Below are positions 31,702 to 40,930 of a stretch of DNA of 64,000 nucleotides, piece by piece. Position 1 is the stretch's first letter, and every line of letters starts with the position of its first letter. Where the stretch lies: the NCBI GenBank assembly GCA_020184695.1, contig JAANOX010000047.1:248001-312000 (forward strand), given 5' to 3'. Origin of the DNA: Histomonas meleagridis 2922-C6/04-290x. Lineage: Eukaryota > Protista > Parabasalia. Position numbers and translations under genes: made by a program. The notes under the pieces were generated by a model. The model had not been told where the DNA came from. It ran no database searches and saw nothing but the letters and a program-made list of their open reading frames with translations.

Positions 31702-33294
31702 ATGGCAGCTGTTTCCCAGCTTAACCAACAAGCTGAACTCTACAGACGTGATCAAGCACTGACCATGAACTTAAACGCTTCTCACAGCTTAGCAGATATA
31801 CTGAAAACTAATCTTGGTCCAGCAGGCACATTAAAGATGCTTGTTGGCGGTGCAGGTGATATCCAACTTACAAAAGATGGCAATGTTCTTCTCAAGAACC
31901 TCACCATCATCCACCCAACAGCTATGCTTATAGCACGAGCAGCTGTTGCCCAAGATGATAATACTGGTGATGGTACTACATCCACTATAGTTTTAATTGA
32001 TGGTATTCTTAAGAACTGTGAGCGTCGTCTTGCCGAAGGTGTTCATCCACGTGTATTAACAAATGGTCTTGAAGAAGCTCGTGAAGAAGCATTACGATTC
32101 CTTGATTCATTCAAAACTAAAATTGACCAAAACAATCGTGATGTTCTTCTTGAAGTTGCTCGCACCTCGATTGGCACCAAACTTCCACAAGATTTAGTTA
32201 ATCAATTAGCGGAGATTGTTACTGACGCTGTCTTAACAATCAAACCAGAGAAAGGACCGGCCGATCTTCTTATGGTTGAGCAACTTTCCATGCTTACCAA
32301 ATTAGCAAATGATACACAATTAGTCAAAGGCTTAGTATTAGATCATGGACTTCGTCATCCATTAATGAAGCGCAACCTTCACAACTGTTATATCTTAGCG
32401 CTTAATGTCTCACTAGAATTTGAAAATACCGAAGTTAACACATCTCTTAATGCAACCAACGCGGTCAATCGCGAAAAGCTTGTCAAAGCCGAGCGTTCAT
32501 TTGTAGACAAGAAGGTTCAAGCCATCATTGACTTAAAGAATGAGGTATGCAAGAATGGCGAAGATTTCCTTGTCATTAACATGAAAGGCATCGACCCACC
32601 TTCATTAGAAATGTTTTACAGAGCCGGAATTTCCGCATTACGTCGTGCCAAACGTCGCAATATGGAACGATTACATGAAGCATGTGGCACCATCGAAACA
32701 AACAGTGTCGAGAACCTCACCAAGGACTGCCTTGGATGGGCCGGGCATGTCTGGGAGACTATTTTAGGCGAAGATCATTTTACATTTGTTGAAGATCTGA
32801 AGAATCCAAAGTCCGTTTCCATCTTAATCAAAGGCCCGAACAGCCACACCATCAAACAAATGCAGGACGCAATCCGTGACGGACTTCGAGCTGTCAACAA
32901 TGCGATCGCAGATGAGGCAGTCATTGTCGGAGCCGGTGCATTCGAAGCGGCACTCTCCGCGCACTTGCACGAGTACAAGAAGAACGTCGACGGAAAGAAG
33001 AGGCTCGGCGTCGAAGCATTCGCTGAGGCTGTTCTTGAAATCCCTCGTGTCATCGCGCACAACGCAGGACACGACGCTGTCGATGTAATAGTTGCGCTAC
33101 AAAACGCAGCAGACAAAAAACAAATCGTCGGAATCGATATCGATAATGGTGAAATGATGGACCCGAAGACGAAAGGAATTTGGGACAATTACTGCGTGAA
33201 GAAGAATCAAATACAATCGGCTCCTCTTGTCGCAACACAATTACTTTTGGTGGATGAGGTTTTAAAGGCTGGAAAATCAATGAATAAGCAATAA
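31702..33294 (+). CDS. CCT6: T-complex protein 1 subunit zeta (chaperonin CCT)
   Basis: LKTNLGPAGTLKMLVGGAGDIQLTKDGNVLL, QDDNTGDGTTS, VLDHGLRHP and GAGAFE; zeta-type N-terminus. Confidence 0.95.
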   Translation: MAAVSQLNQQAELYRRDQALTMNLNASHSLADILKTNLGPAGTLKMLVGGAGDIQLTKDGNVLLKNLTIIHPTAMLIARAAVAQDDNTGDGTTSTIVLIDGILKNCERRLAEGVHPRVLTNGLEEAREEALRFLDSFKTKIDQNNRDVLLEVARTSIGTKLPQDLVNQLAEIVTDAVLTIKPEKGPADLLMVEQLSMLTKLANDTQLVKGLVLDHGLRHPLMKRNLHNCYILALNVSLEFENTEVNTSLNATNAVNREKLVKAERSFVDKKVQAIIDLKNEVCKNGEDFLVINMKGIDPPSLEMFYRAGISALRRAKRRNMERLHEACGTIETNSVENLTKDCLGWAGHVWETILGEDHFTFVEDLKNPKSVSILIKGPNSHTIKQMQDAIRDGLRAVNNAIADEAVIVGAGAFEAALSAHLHEYKKNVDGKKRLGVEAFAEAVLEIPRVIAHNAGHDAVDVIVALQNAADKKQIVGIDIDNGEMMDPKTKGIWDNYCVKKNQIQSAPLVATQLLLVDEVLKAGKSMNKQ

Positions 33295-33362
33295 ACAATG
33301 AAATGAATTCACTTAAATCAAAATGAAAATGTGTAAAACAATGACCGTAAAATGTATAACTT

Positions 33363-33599
33363 ATGCATGACGAATTGAAAAAATATGGAGTCTTATGCGG
33401 AATGCCTATTTCACTCGCTCCTAACAATGAAATAACATACCCTCGGAATTCGCAAGTAGAAAAACAAGTTACACTAATTTCATCTCCAATGCCAATTAAA
33501 AAATCAACACCAATCCGAAATACAAAACCGAATGAACCCATGTTTCGTGAAATTACTGCTTCTGAATTTCAATCTCTTCCTCGAAGTTACTCATTTTGA
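33363..33599 (+). CDS. Small hypothetical protein (78 aa)
   Basis: Protein-like composition, own short intergenic gaps, GACCGT motif upstream. Confidence 0.5.
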   Translation: MHDELKKYGVLCGMPISLAPNNEITYPRNSQVEKQVTLISSPMPIKKSTPIRNTKPNEPMFREITASEFQSLPRSYSF

Positions 33600-33828
33600 T
33601 TAAATATTTTAATATTATAACACAACTAATGCATAAAAAGCAGCGCTGCTTAATTAGTAAATAACATAAAAGGGAAATGATTTTTATATATAAAGGAACA
33701 ATAAAAAAGAAAATTTCCGAATAATTATATATGAAATGAAATATTTTGTTTAGATCAACCGATTAATCGTTTGGCGAAAATAAGTGAAATGATTTTAACG
33801 TATTTTATTACGGGAACGAAATTCGGAA

Positions 33829-34860
33829 ATGGGCTGCTGTTCTTCATGGTTAGATGATATAGACATTGAAACAAAGGATACCAAAAAAAATAACGAACTT
33901 CTTTATCAAGAAATTTTGGTTCAAGGATCAACTCCAAATGTTGAAACAGATCTCGAAAATTCATGTGTCCTTGAATATAAATTCCTAAAAGAAATTGGAA
34001 AAGGAGCAATGAGTCATGTTTACGTAGTAGAAAATCAAAATACAAAAGATCATTTCGCTGCTAAGGTTTATAATACACCTCAATTATACAGACAATCTTT
34101 TGGAGAAGAACCGTTATATATGGCAATCAACAGACAAATTGATGTTCTATCCAAAGTTCCACATAGGTATATTCTCTCAATAATTGAAGTTATTGATATG
34201 CCAAATTCTTATATAATAATCATGCCGTATGCACAAAATGGAACACTTCAATCACAAATTATAAACAAAACAATATCATATGAATCAATTCTTATTTGTT
34301 TCCATCAAGTTGCAGAAGCACTTAGAGTACTTCATGCAAACAACATTGTCCATCGCGATGTAAAACCAGATAACATATTAAGCTTTACTGAAGAGTATTT
34401 TGTTATTTCAGATTTATCAGATTCTTATGAACTCCAATCTGCAGATCAGATGCTTTGTGACACAAAAGGTTCTCCAGCATTCCTCTCACCAGAGGAGTGC
34501 AGTGGAAACCCTTTTTACCCAAAACAAACAGATGTATGGTCATATGGAGTTTCATTATATTTTGCAATCTTTGGTTATTTACCATTTAACCTACAGAAAG
34601 CGCAGGGAATAACACTTGCAAACACAATTATCATAGTCACACAATTATTAGAAAAGGAAGAACTTGAGTTTGGAGATGATGTTCAGCTTGATCCTTCTTT
34701 GAAGCTTCTTTTGGAAGGAACACTCAATAAGGATCCATCGAAAAGGCCAACATTCGAAGAAATAGTGAAATATGAATGTTTCAAAGATGCATGGGCAATA
34801 GACAAAGCAAATATATTACAAGAGCGTTTACTAGAGGAAGAAGAAGAAAATAACACATAG
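33829..34860 (+). CDS. Ser/Thr protein kinase, CAMKK-like, predicted N-acylated (MGCC)
   Basis: IGKGAMS, FAAKVY, HRDVKPDN, DLS in place of DFG, KGSPAFLSPE and TDVWSYG. Confidence 0.9.
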   Translation: MGCCSSWLDDIDIETKDTKKNNELLYQEILVQGSTPNVETDLENSCVLEYKFLKEIGKGAMSHVYVVENQNTKDHFAAKVYNTPQLYRQSFGEEPLYMAINRQIDVLSKVPHRYILSIIEVIDMPNSYIIIMPYAQNGTLQSQIINKTISYESILICFHQVAEALRVLHANNIVHRDVKPDNILSFTEEYFVISDLSDSYELQSADQMLCDTKGSPAFLSPEECSGNPFYPKQTDVWSYGVSLYFAIFGYLPFNLQKAQGITLANTIIIVTQLLEKEELEFGDDVQLDPSLKLLLEGTLNKDPSKRPTFEEIVKYECFKDAWAIDKANILQERLLEEEEENNT

Positions 34861-35120
34861 TAATAATAAGAAATATTGTTTGTATAATTAACGAAAATTT
34901 AACCAGAATTTACAAGTTTTATGTTGCGGATCGTTTTCCTCACAAATATCCGATCATTCTTCTGAAAATTTGAATACATGACGATAAATGAGTTGATGCG
35001 ACGGTTTTTATGGCCATAGGGAAATACGTTTAGATAAAATTTTCCCTCAATTTTTGTTAGGAAACTTTACTAATGTGGAATTTTACTTAAAACAATTTTG
35101 GAAAAGAATGAATGTTAATA

Positions 35121-35789
35121 TCAAGCTAAAACACTTATCTTTTCTTCATTTTGTACAAGCTTTGATGTTTGAATTATTGGACTGATTTTTCGTTTGGGAA
35201 GCGATACAACTTTGGCATTGTCTTTGCACTTGAGAGCGTTGTGTAGTTTCTTTGATCTTGTCTTGAGACCATCGAGTTCTCTTTGAATTTTCAATATGTT
35301 TAATGAAAAATCGCTACACTTTGAACAGCATTCCTCGATTTTGACGTAGAGCTCTGGGTTTTTGGCAACCTTTTGTAGCTCTTTTGAGAGTTCGTGGATT
35401 AATTGGTGATAACTTGTTCGAGTTTGGAACTCTCTGAGACATACTTCTTCAAGGTGCTCTATGCTTGCTGACCTTGCTTTAAATTCTGCGTTGATCTTTT
35501 TTTCTGTTGAAACTCTTTTCTTTGATAAGTCAAATAAATTTTCTCTTAATGATGATTGAAGTTCCTTTTCTTCCTTATATGATTTCGTACATGTATCAAT
35601 CTGGGTGTTCTTTAACTTGTTTAGGATGTGATAAGAAACCTTTGCATCAATTACACTATTGAGCAAATTATAAGATGAAATAAGTTTTTTTTTCCTTGTT
35701 CCAAGGTCTGTGATTGATTTTTTCAATCCTTCTTGCTTTTGACGTAACTTTAAGATTTGCTGACAGAGTTCTTGCCTTTTGTTGGACAT
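35121..35789 (-). CDS. Coiled-coil hypothetical protein
   Basis: 222-aa ORF with heptad-like composition; TGACGGTTTT upstream. Confidence 0.7.
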   Translation of the reverse strand: MSNKRQELCQQILKLRQKQEGLKKSITDLGTRKKKLISSYNLLNSVIDAKVSYHILNKLKNTQIDTCTKSYKEEKELQSSLRENLFDLSKKRVSTEKKINAEFKARSASIEHLEEVCLREFQTRTSYHQLIHELSKELQKVAKNPELYVKIEECCSKCSDFSLNILKIQRELDGLKTRSKKLHNALKCKDNAKVVSLPKRKISPIIQTSKLVQNEEKISVLA

Positions 35790-36721
35790 TAAACAAAATG
35801 AATAAATTCAAATCGGACAAAAAGAAATTGTGTAAAACCGTCAAAAAACGAATGGTTTTCAATGCTCGTTCCCAACGATAACGTTTTTAAAGACGTTTGT
35901 AACATAAAGTGAAAAGTTATGGAAATTGAGAGGATTCCATCCAATTTTGGTAAACGTTTTGGGGGCTATGAATTTCCGGACCGTTTCTTTCAATCGAATT
36001 GACACTCAAAATTTGAATCAGTTATTATTTGAAATGACATTATTCAAATTTTTCTGGGAAATTTTTGTTACTTTTTAACCAACGTTGGTAAATTTTATAA
36101 AATGTAAACTTTAGAAATTGGCTATTTTAATGATGTAACGGTCGTCACGGATGGTTTGGATAAAGTTAATTCACAACCAGCAGATCCACTTGAACCAAAT
36201 ATTTTACTCACAGTATATAAACCGCAAGGATTAGGTCATCCATTAGCACGCAAATTAGAAGAGCAACAAAGGATATGATACTAATGAAGAGAAAAACCTT
36301 GCAAGGTATACCATACATTATCGAATGACATGATGTTTTGTTGGACCAAATATTAACGAGAAATTACAAAAGTTACTTCTGTCTGATGCTTATCAAAAAT
36401 AGAATCCAGCACTTTTCATCAAATAATTTGAAAGCAATTGCTTTCAAAAAGTGAGGGTGATACTGTTGAAAAATTTTAATAAGAACAAACTTTTTCTGTG
36501 AATTTTTTGGTTTTCAAAAGTGACAGTACCTAAACTCTTTGAAGAGAAACTAAATTCATTGATATATAGAAACAAATTAAATGTTTTTCTTGCTATCTAT
36601 GGCAAAAGCACAAAAATTCTTTTGTGGTTTGAAAAAAAAATTCATTCATATTTATTTTAAAAAACATTCAAAACATATAAACAATGTTAACTAACAAAAC
36701 TAACTGAAGGCACTACTTCTG

Positions 36722-38344
36722 CTATTGTTTGTTGCATCCAACCAATCTGATTTCATCTCCATCTAAACCAGTCATACAAGCTATTCTTATTCTATCGATT
36801 CTAACGGACGCCACTTGAGCACCATAAGTTTCGTGCGTTTCCCAAAACCAGAAGTTCCCTGTTTTATCATAGCAAACAACAAGTTTATCATTGGCCACAA
36901 AAACCGCATCAACAATTGAATGATCTGACGGTTTGATCGTCTTGACGGTTTTGCCACTTCCTATGTCCAAAACCGTTAAGTTCCCCCTTGAAGAAGTCGA
37001 CATTACCCATTTTCCTGAGTGGGAGAATCTTAAAGAAGTAGGGGTCTTACCAGCAGCCTTGAATAATCTTACGCAGCAGCCCAATGTTATACTCCAAATT
37101 CGAATTGTACCATCCATCGAAGTTGAAGCGATATATTCTGAATTTGGATGAATCAAAACCGAAACTATTCCCGCGGAATGGCCAATTAATAGCCTTTGAG
37201 GCTGTCTTCTTGATGTTGCATATAGATATATTTCACCATTGAGTGTCCCAACAACAAATTGATGTGGGATCTTTGGTGCAAATGCTGTTGAAGTTGGGCA
37301 TGATAATGTTTCTTTGTATTCACAGAACCTATCAAAATTTTTTAGATTTGAAATACGAACATTTCCTATTATATCACAGCTAAGTAACCACTCTCCACAA
37401 TCACTTATTGCTAATGATGAAACAGCCTCAGTATGACACCTTAATTTTATCATTTCTCCGCATTTGCAATAAAATAATTCCGAACCCACAGAGTATGCAA
37501 ACGAAGGAGAACTTTTATCTAACGCAACGCACTCAACATGTTTTGGCGCGTTGAGGCATGTAATTGTTGGTAATAATGGAGCAATAAATTTTGGTCTCGA
37601 AATAATCAGTGTTGGAATGTCACGTGTCATCCTAAACGCAGCACATAAGTGTGGATTTGTGCTGGCGCGTGAGAAACTGATTTCTTCGAAAAAATTCGGA
37701 GTGAAATTTGGATTTTGTCCCCACAGCTCAGGGTTTCGATTGGAAGAAACTTTTGACCTCTCACATACAGAAGAATTTGTTTCGGAGTCGAAATGTAAGA
37801 AAGGTTTGAGAAGATGTGAAATTGCGGGAGCTGTGGATTCATCAATAAAAGAGTCTAAATTTTTGTAAAAAGTTGCCCCAAAGGAACAATTCATTGGTTC
37901 CATTATATTTTCGAAGATAGTTGTACTTGAATCTGTCATTTCAATATTTATATTCGAAAGTTGACGAAGTGTATCCTCACTGAGTGTGGTGTAATGAGAC
38001 TGGCGTTGAATAAAAAGAGTGGCTCTTTCGTTCTTGTCTGAATATAAAATTTCAAGAAATGCGTATATAAATATTCGATTAATGAGGGTTTGTAAATCAT
38101 TAAGATTTTCTTGCTTTGATGCCTCTGCAATAATTTTAAACCCATGTTCAATATGATCTGATGAAAGAGCTTTAAGTAGTTCTGGTCTTTGAACATTTTC
38201 TAAGTATAACTCAAATGCATAACGATTAATTGAACAACTGGAAGGAAGATGAGTTCTATCATGTGGAAATCCTAAATTTGCTGTGAATTCTATGGCTTTT
38301 GATTTTTCTCTTTGTGTTGTACTTGTTGGCCGAAGTAGAGTCAT
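36722..38344 (-). CDS. WD40 protein, TFIID subunit TAF5-like
   Basis: N-terminal helical region resembling TAF5 NTD2 (RIFIYAFLEIL); RLLIGH...VLIHPNSEYIASTSMDGTIRIWSITLGCCVRLF matches the TAF5 WD repeats. Confidence 0.7.
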   Translation of the reverse strand: MTLLRPTSTTQREKSKAIEFTANLGFPHDRTHLPSSCSINRYAFELYLENVQRPELLKALSSDHIEHGFKIIAEASKQENLNDLQTLINRIFIYAFLEILYSDKNERATLFIQRQSHYTTLSEDTLRQLSNINIEMTDSSTTIFENIMEPMNCSFGATFYKNLDSFIDESTAPAISHLLKPFLHFDSETNSSVCERSKVSSNRNPELWGQNPNFTPNFFEEISFSRASTNPHLCAAFRMTRDIPTLIISRPKFIAPLLPTITCLNAPKHVECVALDKSSPSFAYSVGSELFYCKCGEMIKLRCHTEAVSSLAISDCGEWLLSCDIIGNVRISNLKNFDRFCEYKETLSCPTSTAFAPKIPHQFVVGTLNGEIYLYATSRRQPQRLLIGHSAGIVSVLIHPNSEYIASTSMDGTIRIWSITLGCCVRLFKAAGKTPTSLRFSHSGKWVMSTSSRGNLTVLDIGSGKTVKTIKPSDHSIVDAVFVANDKLVVCYDKTGNFWFWETHETYGAQVASVRIDRIRIACMTGLDGDEIRLVGCNKQ

Positions 38345-38445
38345 AGGATCAGCAATTTAACAGTTACTGTTAAATATTTCAATGAAGAGAACCCACTTTT
38401 TGCATTGTTTACATTCAAAATGAAATCTTGATATATAAAAGTTTA

Positions 38446-39156
38446 TTAATCATACAATGTTGTGAGTTGGTTAATTTTTTTCTTCCTACATCCAGGCGAA
38501 TCTTTATCACAATTTCCACAACAGGACCATGCATTCCCACCAAGAGCATCACAATAAGAATATGTTCCATCATGGTATCTCTGTATTATATCTGATTTAC
38601 GAATGATTTTCTTAGATCCATTTGATATCTTTGGTTTGTGAACAACAAATTGTGGTGGTGGCTGTGCAGCAGGAATTCCATTTTCTTTGATCTTCTTAGC
38701 ATATTGTTTTTGCCTTTTGACAAGACAAGGTGATTGCACCAATGGTTGTGATTTTTTAATTGTGTTTTCCTTGGACTTTAATGTAAAATTTTGAAATTGT
38801 TTAGCTTCTCTTTTTTTATCAATAGTTGTTGCAGCATCCCAAGGAAGAGATGGATCATAAAAATCTCTTCTGAAATCAGGATCATTTTCATTTTTTGTAG
38901 AAACATAAATTGTATGTGGATTATAAGGTTCTTTCATATGAGAAACATGAACATCTCCATTCCACGGAATTTTTGATACTCCATCAACTTGTGGCTGTAA
39001 TGTTAACAATACATCTCTTCTTGCAATAGCTGCTTTTAATGGCATATCTTCTCTGCTAAAAGCCATTTCATCTGGAGCAAATGTTAATTTTACACCAACA
39101 GAGCCTGGTTTAAATTTTTTATTATAAGAAATATATTCTCTTTTTCCTTCCTCCAT
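38446..39156 (-). CDS. Hypothetical protein with a C-terminal Btk-type zinc-finger motif
   Basis: RYHDGTY...AWSCCGNCDKDSPGC fits the H..W.CC..GC Btk motif. Confidence 0.65.
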   Translation of the reverse strand: MEEGKREYISYNKKFKPGSVGVKLTFAPDEMAFSREDMPLKAAIARRDVLLTLQPQVDGVSKIPWNGDVHVSHMKEPYNPHTIYVSTKNENDPDFRRDFYDPSLPWDAATTIDKKREAKQFQNFTLKSKENTIKKSQPLVQSPCLVKRQKQYAKKIKENGIPAAQPPPQFVVHKPKISNGSKKIIRKSDIIQRYHDGTYSYCDALGGNAWSCCGNCDKDSPGCRKKKINQLTTLYD

Positions 39157-39231
39157 TTATAAAAACACGTTATTTCTTATTATAAAAAAAACGGTCAAAA
39201 CGAACGTTAATGATCAAAGGAATTATTTGAA

Positions 39232-39582
39232 ATGGTTGAAACACCCAGCAACCTCATTATTTTTAGCGGTAAGCTTGAAGATCTGAATAGGCAAATAGCA
39301 GAAGCTAATTGTCTTGTTGTTGTAGATTTCTTTGCAACATGGTGTCCACCATGTAACCGGTTGGGCGATCATTTACCAGCTCTTGCTGCAGAAAACCCAA
39401 AGACACTGTTTGTGAAAATAAATGTTGATGAGCACCGTGATTTAACAACTCATTTTGGTATTAACTCTATTCCTCATGTTAAATTTTTTAAAGCAGATCA
39501 AGGCTCACAAATCCAAGAATTAGCATCGATCACCGGTGTTGACATTCAACAAATGAAAAGTAAATTACAACAATTTGGCTGA
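39232..39582 (+). CDS. Thioredoxin
   Basis: VVVDFFATWCPPC active site, FVKINVDE and SIP cis-proline loop. Confidence 0.92.
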   Translation: MVETPSNLIIFSGKLEDLNRQIAEANCLVVVDFFATWCPPCNRLGDHLPALAAENPKTLFVKINVDEHRDLTTHFGINSIPHVKFFKADQGSQIQELASITGVDIQQMKSKLQQFG

Positions 39583-39623
39583 ATTAATAAAATTTATTTC
39601 AATATTTAAACCACAAATAGCTT

Positions 39624-39950
39624 TCACTCTGGTTTTTTAATGGCATCTGTTGGAACAAATGGCTTAGTAAATTCATCTTTTGGAACATAAAATATATTTT
39701 CAAGTGTTACTGTTTTATCAGCAGAAGAAATTACTGTTGCATTTTGCGTTTCTTGGTCTAATGCAAAGAAGAGGTTTGTTTCGATGGTATCTGTTATTTT
39801 ACCTTTAAGTTTGTTTCCATCGATAGTAACATATATATTAGATGGTGAAACTGAATCAATTGAAATGTTCTCGAATTCTTTCAAGTGAGCAGGTATAACA
39901 CCCACAACATCTATTATTGTTTCTTCTGTAATTATTTCTTCTTCTTCCAT
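39624..39950 (-). CDS. Small protein, TFIIIC subunit 6 (triple-barrel)-like
   Basis: EEEEII..IIDV...IYVTIDGNKLKGKITDTIETNLFF resembles the GTF3C6/tau55 pattern G.y..t.gT.lfF. Confidence 0.5.
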   Translation of the reverse strand: MEEEEIITEETIIDVVGVIPAHLKEFENISIDSVSPSNIYVTIDGNKLKGKITDTIETNLFFALDQETQNATVISSADKTVTLENIFYVPKDEFTKPFVPTDAIKKPE

Positions 39951-40024
39951 CTTTCACGTCGGCCGTTATTAATTAAAACCGTTTATCAAATAAACGTTCG
40001 TTTTGGTGGTCTTGTTAAATCTTA

Positions 40025-40675
40025 ATGTCTACAAGCAAAGCCAAGGCACGAAAGGAAGAACGTAGAAAAGAAACAGAAATGTTAAATCGAAAACGTCAAC
40101 AAATCAAAGAATGTGAGCAAATAGAAGATTTATTAACACTTGTTCCAATGTTCAAAAATTTTAACAAAAACGGACTCAGTGCAGAAATTGTTGCTTTTAA
40201 CAAATTTCCAGAAGGAATTTTAGATTGGGCGCTTAAGCTTATTGAGACAAATATGAAAACAATATATGAAAATACATGGGGATGGAATCCAGATTCAAAA
40301 GAAGGTGAACTTATACATGAATCGGCAAGGTTCCTTATTGCCTTTTCTAACAAAGAACCTATTGGCTTTATTCATTTTCGCTTTGAACTTGAAAATGGAG
40401 AATCATCTTCTTTTATATACGACATCCAAATTGAACCAAAGTACTTTAGAAAAGGACTTGGTAGGTTCCTCTTACAAGCTGTTGAACTTATCACCTTGAA
40501 ACAAAAACTTGATTGTGTTATGTTATCAATATTTAAGGAAAATGTCATTGGCCGCTCATTCTTCAGCTCTATGAAGTATGTTCAACACAAAACATCGCCA
40601 ACAGTATATGATCCTGAGAATGCCCATGAATATGATCATGAAATTCTTTATAAGTCACTTGTAAAGAAAAATTGA
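40025..40675 (+). CDS. NAA40: N-alpha-acetyltransferase 40 (NatD)
   Basis: WALKLIETNMKTIYENTWGW...ARFLIA...GFIHFRF...IYDIQIEPKYFRKGLGRFLLQ. Confidence 0.85.
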   Translation: MSTSKAKARKEERRKETEMLNRKRQQIKECEQIEDLLTLVPMFKNFNKNGLSAEIVAFNKFPEGILDWALKLIETNMKTIYENTWGWNPDSKEGELIHESARFLIAFSNKEPIGFIHFRFELENGESSSFIYDIQIEPKYFRKGLGRFLLQAVELITLKQKLDCVMLSIFKENVIGRSFFSSMKYVQHKTSPTVYDPENAHEYDHEILYKSLVKKN

Positions 40676-40930
40676 TTAAACATATAATAATTGCCAAACA
40701 AAAATTTTATTTGAGTAAAAACAACTTATTTACTTGAATTATAATTTTTTATGTAAAATTAATAATTTACCATTAGTGACCATTATTAATAATTAATTTC
40801 ATTAATTCGAATAAAATATTAAACAAAAATTTTAAATTACAAATATGGATATCATTTCTTTGATATAATTTTCACACTCAAAAAAAATTAAACCAAAAAG
40901 TTCACTTTATCTTATTTTATTGGATAAATA

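Noticed and set aside
36130-36420. Short protein-like stretch (DVTVVTDGLDKVNSQPADPLEPN...)
   Set aside because: No start codon, several stops and no recognisable family; probably a decayed gene fragment
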